Virus record (IMG/VR): IMGVR_UViG_3300042197_001007
Source of the DNA: a virus
Reading direction: 5' to 3' (one strand)
DNA: 64,000 nucleotides
Shown here: piece by piece, positions 29,401-38,000 of the stretch
Position numbering within the stretch: position 1 is the first letter of the stretch
Layout of the letters: each line of letters begins with the position of its first letter
Notes under the pieces: model-generated
The model's database searches: none
What the model was told of the DNA's origin: nothing
What the model saw: only the letters and a program-made list of their open reading frames with translations
Position numbers and translations under genes: made by a program

Positions 29401-29453
29401 GAAGGATTAGTAGCTTTGATTTGTTCTCTATCGGAATTAAACTGAAAACTCAT
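20439..29453 (-). CDS. giant tail fibre protein (beta-helix, phycobiliprotein-like inserts, GSGY beta-sandwich repeats, GLDAD collar repeats)
   Basis: 3004 aa; GLDADLLDG and GLDADRLDN motifs; C-terminal NVTIPNGANTLSSGSIVINSGVTVTVQTGGTWNIV. Confidence 0.85.
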   Translation of the reverse strand: MSFQFNSDREQIKATNPSLIGSNELTIRSGSGSNEKEVLRAQLDSVTTLPRIGINRTGNRIDRIVVTSQGSGYTLQPTVTLSAPPNGGVQALASAVISDGSVVAILVDNIGRGYTSAPSVTITGGNGQGAAATAFLDTVDFELDINGAIRTSTSIISDTARILNLDIDNFVTPDAQFRAPNLKTYLNSGGTPWAAGVIIQQNQYRYHNTNVYQALNTGTLGSTPPQHTDGIELNGEVQLKHIGIRAVDSNRPYFNQGGQAGIFPRSITPSFGDKSDKIATTEYVLNLATNDVGGRIYVSEQIGSDLNDGRSAVNPVRTIKKAAQLAWTTPGVKETIVVSGGDYVEDNPISLPPDASVVGDNLRLVIIRPNNPRKHIFKFGDKNYVTGVTYRDKVDSNGDPVATWDYAMVFDDKQRIEIDVTANGDYGVDFPVGHQIFGPEKFRATYQTNTGLSQLTAGQRVRGVNTGAIGLLTDVTFTRTTGASAYVNGTVDFTVISGSFNAGETFQYGGIGSVSFAPNTAYTLGQLVWTGDNVYTITTAGTSASSAPSHTTGAVTNGTAVFTFLRAAYEFISTDIISIRAEGEVVFINEDVTSALPIVRIDFSKQGDPEVATGGFGDYGTPEDLGGIVFYTNALVGRQNTHNFKEGQEIFISNLPTSSPDLSFLNGKQRIYKVIEDADGRARRFVIPKKTTVTLDSNFDPGQFANVKSYSKSITLSLLNSPNKFPVATPVARRYQDACLQIRNNIDFIADEVVRKINDQFKREYFPVYGISGVQFKIYLGPSSFAHTYVSGGTVTFNGTAYNITGFTYDNVVTGEATITTSIPVASLVEDSVVRLAGIVVSCVINGVTTQKTYPSFNIPVSDAKCRRDIGHFLNAICRDLEFGSNYNVIDAAKKYISAGQIDLVDYEIIQTVRAIEYARELAIYAMRKWRTKNGAPSDPIYTPQYSSVTRYFDPTVIDDLVSPACANVASAINTLSYLFVDVLTNNASGTYLDGAYLIARNRDLIADQAYLATKTQYPSLGLSNLNESKCRRDINYIIDGLLRDLVLGGNAGIVTAAESYFTNTVLTGIPEAQRDETIYAFNQVRDLTIQAIRNWSGGTVATRTPTGATYNATTGVLTVTFPNPTTPVTTAHRLAFKEGALTFSCTSGSGGNLASPTPTDRNYGKSLTITNVSTAGGNTTVTVNVGDAGTASGATHTFVSALANGTIIIYNPVTSALTSPIPKYEDWNILLSSESPLCANVASSITTSFTLLEDILDGTIAPGATTKNFGTLYSTVGIVTYPDSTIYDADGVIYTPRSDYDDYPIIEASPYTQNASVISFLGGGGALIDGSKVKQPNCPFPGLELDGSATFPNQGKSMVAAAFTIVSFGGTGYRIINDGYVQLVSVFVIFCTDGVLAESGGYASITNSATNFGIFALRATGYNSFAYSFDVGTITNVSSTPTGRTIFTIDGLGREPLEHYVVKIDGYENVNPEIEYYIDTVGAVTVGPPFSAQVTIESGSGGPAEFKSIATGQAVSNSTLTGKTIRLRRPSIVNSSSHTWEFAGSGTNYNALPENGGVKIEAYEQVSENYGRTYVSGTDELGDFKVGTFARIENRTGNITFTGTVTISEVEFLKLKGGDVVVTGFDASNTLGGANSTDSKLPTQKAVRDYITNNLGPYINKPYSTNAVPRALVELTDSGKISIDQIPPLRPFSVFTVADQAARLAIEGALAGDIAIQQDTSASYILNNDNASLFVSFNVDPTLQFTANDVFTGSISGGKIQATEYRQGVVYQINITDPGSGYTSAPVITITGGTPQAGSVPASATCTIANGQVVTVTIQIFNGFRGGKGYTTPPTVTFSAPSGAGTQATGVALIESRLYGNIVNNIKITETDTIQSSDIPAETININRVVNTSASNNNNWVSLSTNQIAASDITSGVIATSRLANNSDAANSFTFLRGDQAYAPVVQSIKGAESRYFAKLFSQANSGSSQLLFTTNSNTLVGHEVVNNITGIQANTNISGVVTSAGITTVALNNPLTSTLAAGTIIEFRRGASPLVFESSFTQGGFVDNVVIASGGSGFTNGQYFDVPLSGGSGTGLRSNIIVTNGAVTEVTVTSSGTGYTADFNVSSAPAEIGGGSGLVLAAKINTVSRQYANTSLDIQRVTDLTISADEFGTIGVARFKKSQFLIGQSGNGSIVLKTGADSGLDADLLDGAQGSYYLNASNLNSGTVSVDRLSGTYNISISGQSGNTIRLLSNTTNPTSNPSPNAFSVGIVADTRNNSANGLSDGGTKNIVLSIRPGGSGFTVDGGVKQLAFTDNDNMWLRGSGTAVDTFGSWAKVWTSLNDGPGTGLDADRLDNRQGTWFQNAINMNFGTLSDNRLPSYQTRKDFQDTVRVLSFTGQPRYRIYIPDETLTASPFLPGLTVNLYNSLDQGTGVISITDVTVNNDTNDPFNNYTIITGTLTTGNFIGATSIGITSNKKAFRDFSIATLDSNADGIPDGSFVAATLESDGGTANLRLGRKDGQASSPGLYFNSSTLAATYNAAIVATGGNGSTSSGTLDVKVVNANGFTLNGNTIWNAGNVTFNSTNVVSTAVIRDASGNFAAGTITANLTGAASANVLKAGDTMTGSLTLTGAGSNLSVSGTLGVTGNTTLTANLIVDTNTLYVQSTDNLVGIGLVPSTAASTNSKLQVYGGTLGSTDESKLYLASFEAAVSNYSRLLIYNRKFNTTFTDWRSASTRIQQRIDVTDQAYIEFNPEGSEYGLALGTQNNESLRLIQTGEVGIRKTPSTGYNLDVSGKGRFSTSLEIRDASDNSGASMLFLGSSGFRNFRIGNQLVGNDIFEITPSTAAGGSTWATTPALAIQGSTSRVGLGTTTFSSTATGATVNYQLNVQGNININGTVYQNNLPFVTSRWTQSTNGTDIHRLSRVGIGVADPTWTLQVGGSGNNGLNIQGTNFSSGVNNSVLYANGDRQWLDSFGIFKSNRNNVSENVTIPNGANTLSSGSIVINSGVTVTVQTGGTWNIV

Positions 29454-29491
29454 TGTACTATCCAGCCTCTGCCGTAGGTTTTATTCTTTTC

Positions 29492-29498
29492 TATTTAT
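29492..29498 (-). promoter_or_regulatory. late promoter ATAAATA upstream of tail fibre
   Basis: Motif match next to the stop of the 169-aa ORF. Confidence 0.65.
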
Positions 29499-29500
29499 CA

Positions 29501-30010
29501 TCAAGTCCAAGTGATGCTCACTACTTTCACATAAACGACCCACTTGATATTAATTGTTGTGCCTGCTCTTACTGTAGAATAACTATATCTGTTAGATGCC
29601 CCACTATCAAAAGGTTCTATTGTCCAATTTTGACCTTCTGGAATACTATCTTTGATAATAGTGGTCATTGAAGATAACTCTTGAACTGCTCCAGCAGATC
29701 CTACCGAAACAGCACTCTCAATTTTTGATGATAAGTGACCTCCACCAGTATCATTCACAGCAACAATATTTGCTGTGATAAAATTAATTGTATTTGATGG
29801 CAATATAATTTGAGAACCAACATCATCCAATGAAAGAACAGATGTATTAATTCCCCTTAAAACATAATAAGATGTTGAACTATCTTGATAAAAAGAATTC
29901 TTAATCTCTAAAGAATTCGCATTCTTGATATCTTTTTTATCATTAACTAATGTGGTATTTCCAACAGAAAATCCACCAAATGAATCTAATGTTTGTAAAT
30001 TTGATGCCAT
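29501..30010 (-). CDS. probable virion structural protein
   Basis: FDSFGGFSV-like start (LDSFGGFSV); lies inside the late fibre/baseplate operon. Confidence 0.6.
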   Translation of the reverse strand: MASNLQTLDSFGGFSVGNTTLVNDKKDIKNANSLEIKNSFYQDSSTSYYVLRGINTSVLSLDDVGSQIILPSNTINFITANIVAVNDTGGGHLSSKIESAVSVGSAGAVQELSSMTTIIKDSIPEGQNWTIEPFDSGASNRYSYSTVRAGTTINIKWVVYVKVVSITWT

Positions 30011-30012
30011 TT

Positions 30013-33000
30013 TTACCTCTTGATGATGTTACTGATAACAGTCACTTTTACTACATTTCCAGTGGATAGAGAAGTATTGAGTGTGAATGTAACACGAACG
30101 TTGTTGCTAGCGTTAAAATCAAAAACACAAGAGATTAACTCAGCACCAGTCTTAACATTACCAAAATCGGTAAAGAATATATCAGTACCTTTATCTATAA
30201 CAGAATATTCAATAAACTCTTTATCACCTGTTGTTTCATTATGAGCAATAATTTGTACTTTGGAAGAAGTGTGTAATGCTGGATCATATAATACTGTATT
30301 TCCAGAATTAACAGTTCCACGAGTAAGAGTAACTTTTGTTGTTGATATTTTGTAATCAGCAATTTCTAATTCCTTGAGTTCATTATCAAATACTTTTACT
30401 CCATTATAAACACCTGTTCCAAATCCTAAGTTATAATAAATGTCACCGGTGTCTGATAATCTCAAAAGAGGATCATTTGTTAATCCACTGGAAAGTCCAA
30501 GATCTAAATTGTCTTTCGTTGTAGAGATAAAAGTGCTGGTTAACGAAGATGTGTCAATAGAAGCTGCTGAACTATTGAATGTAATCAGTTGAGCATCTAG
30601 GTTTAGAGTATTTGACGTTACAGAAGTAATAGTATCAATTGTATCTAATTGAATATTATTTTCTGTAACTCTTAATGTGTTACTGCCGTTGTTGTAAAAA
30701 TATAAAATGTTTTCATTGGAACCAGCAGAAAGTTCTGGAATAATATATGTGTTACCATCAACATCACGAACACCTCCAAGAGAAGACCAGTTAGTTCCGT
30801 CATAACCTTCATATTGAGAAATCGTTGTATTAAATCTAACTGAACCCTGTATTGGAGCTCCTCTTCCATTAGTATCTCCAACTGGGAGAACTAATGAAGT
30901 AGCAGCATCAATTGTTACTTTTTTACCTGTGTTTGGTCTAATTAGTAAATCATTTACTTTTGTGGAAATTACATTGGTTGATAGTGTCAATTCATCATTT
31001 ACAACCAATGATGTTCCACCAAGAGGAGCAACTCTAAGTTCCGAAATTTCTTCAAATGTTAGTGGTGATACAGCAGAAACAAAAAATCTTAGTGTTGCTG
31101 TTCCATTAGTAAAATTAGTTCCAGTAGTACTTGTTGGCTCATTACCAGAAGTTCCCGTTGTTCCTCCAGTTATAACCTTATAAATGTTATTTCTGTATTT
31201 TAGATATTCACCAGTAGTGACAGGTGTGCTCGCATTCCAATTTACATAAGAAGGAGCAGATACATTTATAGATCTTACTTTCTTTACATTTACAAACTCT
31301 TGATATTCTGGTGTAAATTTAACTGTATTGATGTTATCGTTATAAAACCATAATGTATTATCATTAGATCCTATTGTTAATTCTGCTGTAATATAAGTAT
31401 TTCCATCTAGATCTCTCACACCTCCAAGAGAAGACCAAGAAGAAGTTGTACCACTATAACCTTCATATTGATTAGTATCAGTATTAAATCTAATAGCCCC
31501 ACTTTCTGCTAAAGCAGATGGTCTTTGAGAAGTATTACCAGATGGAATTACAATCGCCGTTGAAGATGAAACTTTTGTTACTCTATTTGATGGTGGAGTT
31601 AGTGTTATATCTGTTCCAGCAGAAGTAGAAATAATTCCATCATTTATTGATAGTTTATCATTTATATTCAGAGTTCCTGTGGTTTTTATTTGACCAGTTG
31701 TAGTGATATTTCCAGTAATGTTTGCTATTGACACAGCACCAATTGTAGTATCGGCACTTAAATTTAAAGAAGACGCAGAAACATTAATAGATCCAGATGT
31801 CCCTGAATTTATATTTGTTACAACCAAATTTTCTGTTTCGATATCATCAGATAAGATATTTTCTGAAGTGATATCATCAATAATTGCTGAAGATCCAATG
31901 AAAGATTCTGCCGTTATAAATCCTGTGCTAACTTCTGCTTGAATAATATCTGTAGAATCAATTGATGTTGCTGTGGCAATAAAGTTAGATCCAAATATTT
32001 TTGGATTTACTGGATTTATTGTAATAACTGCCTCATTTAAATCTTCTCCTCCTTCATCTTCGTGACCAGAAGTAGAGCAATAATAGTATAAAGTTGGCGT
32101 AGTTTCTGTTACCCTTATTCTAAGATATGAAGAAGTTTTTTCTACTCCAGTGAGATATTCTACTCCTTTAAAATCTAAAATTGTAGATCCTGATACAGTA
32201 GGATTTTTATCTAAAATAATAGTTGTCGAATTTAAAACACTGCTTACTTTTGTTGAAGTTTCTAGAACACCAGATCCAGATCCAATTTGAGAAACAACTT
32301 CCATTCCTGGAAGAATACCAGTACTGTTAGTAACGATAATTTGATTTGATGAGGTGGATAACGTGGTTGATATATTTTGAATTAAACTAGGACTATTTGG
32401 ACCATCTCTAAATTGACTTAGTGAAAATCCATGTCCAGTTAAAGAAGGATCAGTTATATTAAATTGATATGTATCACCAACATACAAAGTCAAATCTGGA
32501 GTAATTATTCCATCTATAAAGAACCTTTCAATAAATTCTGCTGTACTGACGGTAAAACTAGTACTCTGTCCTTGTTTTATAATCGTATCTCCAGGAGAAA
32601 GACCAAGAGATCCATATATTTGTTCTATAATTATGTAAGATAAATTGGAACCAGAAGTCTCTACAGCGTATATTTCTCCTAATATTGGCTGAGCTCCACC
32701 ACCACCAGGAGTAAATTGAATATTATCACCGACCTGAAAATAACTTGCCGAAATAGTTTGGACAAAAGTAATTTTTTGTACATTTGCTAATGTAACATTT
32801 TTTATTATTGGTTGTGTTAAATCTTCTGGATTTACTGTCAATTCATCATTAGTAGAATATCCATTTCCACCATCAAGTATTGAAATAAATTCAATAGCAC
32901 CTAAAGATTGTATTGTATATTCAAAATTTACTGTTGGATTTCCATATGGTTTTGTAAATGTTAGAACAACAGGTCCAGCTAAAGATGGTGATGGAGACAG

Positions 33001-34878
33001 AGTTATAGTATTTGTTGAAGAATCTATAGCACTGACTGTAGTATTATTTGCTAATACTCCACTACCAGAAGTTTTTGTTACTATAGATCCAACAAGAATT
33101 CCACTGGTGGATGATACAACAATTTTATCTAAATCTTCAACTGAACGGAAATTAAGAGTTGAGATACCAGAAGTTGAAGGATTTGCCGATAAAGTTATTT
33201 GAGTTAAACTATCTACTGATAATACTGTAGTTCCAGAAGAAATAAATCCTATATCTGTTATTCCAGTATTTGTTACTGTCATTCCAGCAATAATTCCAGT
33301 AGTATCGGGAAGAGCAACTATTGGAGATGCCGAATCTAATGTTGCAGAAATTCCTGTCACTTCCCCTTTCAAATCTGAACTTATTCCAGTAATTGGAGTT
33401 CCAGAAATTGAAAGTGTATCATTTATAGCATAACCAGTTCCTTTGGTTACAAATTGTAAATTTCTTATTTTTCCTGGTTGACTGCTAATTCTATATTGAA
33501 ATCCAGATCCAGATCCGCCAACAGAAGAATTATTAAATGATAAAGTATCATTGCTTAAGTAGTTTAATCCAATTGATTTTACTGTTACCGACTGAATAGT
33601 TCCATTAAAAGTAATAGAGTTTATTGTATAAACAAATCCAGATCCATTGTTATCAATATCAATATCGCCAGGATAAATTTCTACAGTATCATTTACTTTG
33701 TATTTCTCTCCAGTAGAAGTAAAAGATACACTAGAAACAGATCCTGATGCTACTACAACAGTTCCTGTTAATGATTTACCATATCTTCCAGTTGTTCCAC
33801 TTGAAATATTAATTATACCACCCATTCCATTATGAACAGAACAATCATATCTAATTGCTTCTGTTGGAGTAGATATATCAATTACCAAATAAACACATGC
33901 TCCAGCAGTTCCAGCAGTTCCTTTTGTAATAACTGTATAGTAATTTGAATTTAATGATCCACCAGAAGAAGTTTCAAAAATTAGAGGATGTCCAGAAACT
34001 GAAGGATCGGAAATATCAAATTTATATGTATTTCCTTTTGAAAGAGTTAATGTTTGTTGTGTTGTTCCATTTATTCTATAAACTTGTGCTGGAGGAGGAG
34101 TTCCTGGATTGGTGATTGTGGTTACTGTGTAAGTTGTTGTCGGAACATTTAAAAATTGAATATTATTATATGTTCCATCAGTATAACCAGATCCAGCAGT
34201 AATAGTTCCAGTAATAGAAGATTCTCCAGTAATCACAATATCAGCTGTCGCTCCTGTACCGTTACCACCAGTTAATGGTACATCATAAAAAGTTCCTGGT
34301 GGATAACTAGTGCCAGCATTTAAAACAGAACCAGTAATACCATCTACAGTAAAAGAAATAGTGGATTGTGATCCAGAACCAGATGTAGTTGTTGGAATTA
34401 CACTATAAGATCCTGGAGCATAATTTGATCCTTGATTAGTTACAGACCCAGTAAAAGAACCAACAGTAATAGAAGCAATAGCTCCATCTCCAGTTCCACC
34501 AAGAAGAGATATATTTGTATAAATTCCTGGATCATAATTTGATCCAGAATTTGTCAATATCAATCCATTTGTAGTTAAAATCTTTTTTTGAATTATAATA
34601 TCTTTATAAGAGGATAAAGATGTATCAGAAATATCAAATATTTTTTTTGAATTTGCTACAAATCCTAATGTGCTTATAGTTGGTTTATAAATTCCAAGCG
34701 ATGGATCGGATACAAATGACAGAGATGGTACAGTACGTGTACCATCTCCAAGTTTTAAATTGCCAGTTGAAAGATCACTTCCGCCAGCGGTGATGCTAAA
34801 AAGAGTAGATCCTATCTGATTAATCTTTTGCCTTTGTTGCTCAAAGGTATCAGTTCTAGCGACTTGAATTGCTGGCAT
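30013..34878 (-). CDS. large baseplate/tail-fibre connector-type virion protein with cupredoxin-like domains
   Basis: MPAIQVARTDTFEQQRQKIN start; two G.IRFNT....YEGY.G..WSSLGG motifs; H...CSVHNGM. Confidence 0.7.
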   Translation of the reverse strand: MPAIQVARTDTFEQQRQKINQIGSTLFSITAGGSDLSTGNLKLGDGTRTVPSLSFVSDPSLGIYKPTISTLGFVANSKKIFDISDTSLSSYKDIIIQKKILTTNGLILTNSGSNYDPGIYTNISLLGGTGDGAIASITVGSFTGSVTNQGSNYAPGSYSVIPTTTSGSGSQSTISFTVDGITGSVLNAGTSYPPGTFYDVPLTGGNGTGATADIVITGESSITGTITAGSGYTDGTYNNIQFLNVPTTTYTVTTITNPGTPPPAQVYRINGTTQQTLTLSKGNTYKFDISDPSVSGHPLIFETSSGGSLNSNYYTVITKGTAGTAGACVYLVIDISTPTEAIRYDCSVHNGMGGIINISSGTTGRYGKSLTGTVVVASGSVSSVSFTSTGEKYKVNDTVEIYPGDIDIDNNGSGFVYTINSITFNGTIQSVTVKSIGLNYLSNDTLSFNNSSVGGSGSGFQYRISSQPGKIRNLQFVTKGTGYAINDTLSISGTPITGISSDLKGEVTGISATLDSASPIVALPDTTGIIAGMTVTNTGITDIGFISSGTTVLSVDSLTQITLSANPSTSGISTLNFRSVEDLDKIVVSSTSGILVGSIVTKTSGSGVLANNTTVSAIDSSTNTITLSPSPSLAGPVVLTFTKPYGNPTVNFEYTIQSLGAIEFISILDGGNGYSTNDELTVNPEDLTQPIIKNVTLANVQKITFVQTISASYFQVGDNIQFTPGGGGAQPILGEIYAVETSGSNLSYIIIEQIYGSLGLSPGDTIIKQGQSTSFTVSTAEFIERFFIDGIITPDLTLYVGDTYQFNITDPSLTGHGFSLSQFRDGPNSPSLIQNISTTLSTSSNQIIVTNSTGILPGMEVVSQIGSGSGVLETSTKVSSVLNSTTIILDKNPTVSGSTILDFKGVEYLTGVEKTSSYLRIRVTETTPTLYYYCSTSGHEDEGGEDLNEAVITINPVNPKIFGSNFIATATSIDSTDIIQAEVSTGFITAESFIGSSAIIDDITSENILSDDIETENLVVTNINSGTSGSINVSASSLNLSADTTIGAVSIANITGNITTTGQIKTTGTLNINDKLSINDGIISTSAGTDITLTPPSNRVTKVSSSTAIVIPSGNTSQRPSALAESGAIRFNTDTNQYEGYSGTTSSWSSLGGVRDLDGNTYITAELTIGSNDNTLWFYNDNINTVKFTPEYQEFVNVKKVRSINVSAPSYVNWNASTPVTTGEYLKYRNNIYKVITGGTTGTSGNEPTSTTGTNFTNGTATLRFFVSAVSPLTFEEISELRVAPLGGTSLVVNDELTLSTNVISTKVNDLLIRPNTGKKVTIDAATSLVLPVGDTNGRGAPIQGSVRFNTTISQYEGYDGTNWSSLGGVRDVDGNTYIIPELSAGSNENILYFYNNGSNTLRVTENNIQLDTIDTITSVTSNTLNLDAQLITFNSSAASIDTSSLTSTFISTTKDNLDLGLSSGLTNDPLLRLSDTGDIYYNLGFGTGVYNGVKVFDNELKELEIADYKISTTKVTLTRGTVNSGNTVLYDPALHTSSKVQIIAHNETTGDKEFIEYSVIDKGTDIFFTDFGNVKTGAELISCVFDFNASNNVRVTFTLNTSLSTGNVVKVTVISNIIKR

Positions 34879-35071
34879 TTTTGATTAACTCTCTAAGTAA
34901 AGTTTTGATCTCAGAAACTTCATTCTTCAACATATTTATGTCTTCTAATGCGGAACTGAGGTGTTTTGATTTACGTCTCGCATCAATCGCAGAATCGTCC
35001 AAATTTAAGATAGCACCAGTCTTTTCATCTCTGACAAGACCATCATGACCAGAAACCTTTGTATAATTCAT
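34856..35071 (-). CDS. small hypothetical protein
   Basis: KVSGHDGLVRD..TGAILN plus coiled-coil tail; overlaps next start. Confidence 0.75.
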   Translation of the reverse strand: MNYTKVSGHDGLVRDEKTGAILNLDDSAIDARRKSKHLSSALEDINMLKNEVSEIKTLLRELIKNASNSSR

Positions 35072-35080
35072 ATGCGGAAA

Positions 35081-38000
35081 TCAGAATGAAGCAACAGCAC
35101 GAATGTCTTGGATTTTTGGAACATATGCTGGATCAACAGATTTCATAACAATCTTAATAGCAAAGGATGAATATTCTGGTAGGTTTGAAACACTGTATTT
35201 GAACTCTTGATATGACGACTGCTTTTCTGTAGTTCCGGAAATTGAATTTTCACTTGAAGCAATTTCAAGAGTATCTGGTTCTCCATCGGTATTGAAATAT
35301 ACCCAGTCAATATCGTCAAAGTTCTCCTGACTTGATGCTTTCTTGTATCTGTAGAGAACTTGAATGTTCTTAACATCTTTTACGTTAGCGGTCAAACGAA
35401 CATCAATAGAAGTTGCTGGATTGTTGATAGAGATTTCTTTTGTCACATACTTAGCAACAGCAGAGCTATTCTTTGAAGTGTTGTCGGAGACATAATCAAT
35501 TCCGTTGGTATATGTAATTGATTTTACTTCTAAGAATGAAGCTTCGTCATTTGCTTGATTTGGATACTTGATAAAATCACCAACTCTAAAGATATCAGAG
35601 ATCTGGTCAGCAACATCAGCATTGCGATTGAATGCTGCATTATCAATAATTCTTCCAAAGAAATCATCAAGAATTGGATGTACATCAACTCTCACGATTA
35701 GTTCTTGTGTCTTGTTGTTCCACAATACAGTTTTACCAGTAATAATATTATCATAAGTTTGTAAAATTACTGATGGGTTGCGAGCAATAATTGTAGAAGC
35801 ATCAGCAATTGAAACAAGAATTTGTGATGGGTTGGAATCAATAACTACGTTGGTTAGGGATAATTGATTGCCCAATGTTACTCCTTCTCCTCTTTGGAAG
35901 AATTGACTTGTTTTTACACGAACCCAAACATTGTTCCCACTTACCTTAGCAATTGTTCCAGTTGCTTTTGTAGTCTCACCTGTTATTGTTTGATTGGATT
36001 GAATTTGAGTACCAGCATTTCCAGATAGTTCAAATCTATAGACCGGGTAGAACTCAATGATTTGATCTCTTCTACCATATCTATCTTCCTTACCAGATGC
36101 CGCTTCAACTCTATTTGATACCGTCTTCACACATGCGCTAGACAAATCAATTACGGGAGAGAGATATGACCTTGTAGAAGATAGTGTCATCTTATAAGTT
36201 AATGATCTATCAACACTGTTTAAGGTTTCATTAATCTGAGAAACAATCACTTTCTGATTGGTGAAGTAATGTGGCTCATTTAGGAAAGTCTTTTCATAAT
36301 CTGTTTGTGAATATGAAGTATAATTTGTTGTTGAAGAATCAACAGGGATGATATCTGTTGTTTTTACAAATGTATCAAGTTTGGTTCCAGTAATTGTTAG
36401 ATAATGAATTTGTGGGTATAGAATTTCATACTTTCTGTTGTATGTAGCATATACATTAGATCCTCCTCCAATAGCATTTCCTGATGCTTTTGAAATTGAT
36501 CTGATATTGTAGCTATCAATTCCAGAATTGCTTACCTGGAATAAAGTTGTATTCAAAATATCCGATGTAATTCCAGCAACTTCTTCCGCACTTCTATAAA
36601 ATACATATGAATCTCCAAAACCTTCAAATCCATTATCTCTGTGATTTACTTTGATAATACTATTATTGTTTTTGAATAGTTTTGAAGTTGCGTTTGTATT
36701 CGCACTCGCGTTGGTTTCAAATGGATTTGATCCTAGTAATTCATATCCAAGATTTCTATTTGTCAATAAAAGTTCTGCTGGTCTGCTGATATTAAATTCT
36801 GCTCTATAAAGTTTAAACTTAAGATCCTCAAAGATGTCTTCAGTCCAGTTATCAATATTTTGTGATCTATAAACCGAACCAAGAGATGGTTGTGTTGTGA
36901 TAACGGTACTTGTTGATATATCAATTTCTCCCAAGCGAGAAGCCCATAGTTCATAGTCAACAGAATCTGTTTCTACAACCAAAGCATATTCTGTATCATT
37001 CTGTAAATAAACTGGATACTCAAAATCAAATCTTGTTGGAATGGTTGAATTTGTAACTCCAACGGTATCGGTTGCTACACCCATAACAACAGCAGGGGTA
37101 TCAATCTCAATGAATGTTTCAATTTCACATCCACCCGCTCCATTACCAACTCCCTTAACCACAACAGATGGTGGATCAGTATATCCAAAACCAAATAGCG
37201 AAATCTCGGCGTTGTAGATCTTTCCGTTTGATACTTCAATACGAGCAGTTGCTACAGATCCACCAGGAAGTTGTGGACTTTCAATGGTTAGAATTGCGCT
37301 ACTGTAATTTTGTCCTGGGTTTTTAATTCTGATATCCGATAACTTTCCACTATCTTTAGCAATAGTTAATTTTAGATCTGTGCCATCCGTAGCATTTGCT
37401 AAAGTAACCGATGGAATAATTAGATCTTCATTTTGCTTGAATGATTTGCCATTATGATTACCAAGAACTACAGTATATACTTGTTCGTTGGTTAGTGAAT
37501 ATCTTCCAGATGTTGATGCTGTAAGTTCTACGCCGTTCTTATCAATAATTTTTAATATTGGACCACTAGCAGAAGAACTTGCTCCAGTAACGAGTTCTCC
37601 TTGAGTGACAGAAACATTTCCATTTGCGTAACACTTCAGGAATGTATTTGGATTTAGAACTTTTTCAGAACCTGGGATAACATTTTTTCCTGGCTTTCCA
37701 GATACAACGTCAGTCAAATATACCTTGACTGGAATATTGCTACTCTTCTTAGAGAAGAATAGGTCTAGACCAGTAGTAAATAATCCACCATCGTAGTTTT
37801 CAATTTTGAAAGTTTGTGCCAAAGGATTTGGACGTAGTGGGTTATCAGTATTACTATCAATGACTTGAACTCCTTCATTTGATTTGAAGTAAGATGGTCT
37901 GGTTGATACGATGCTAGCAGGATTTTCTGGTAGCAATCCAGTAGCATAATACTTAACTTCAGCATAGGTATCCACTGTATCTTTCGGAGCATCGGAACCA

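Noticed and set aside
17814-29453. Diversity-generating retroelement or invertible tail-fibre switch
   Set aside because: No reverse transcriptase or invertase, and no near-identical TR/VR pair with adenine-specific mismatches seen by eye
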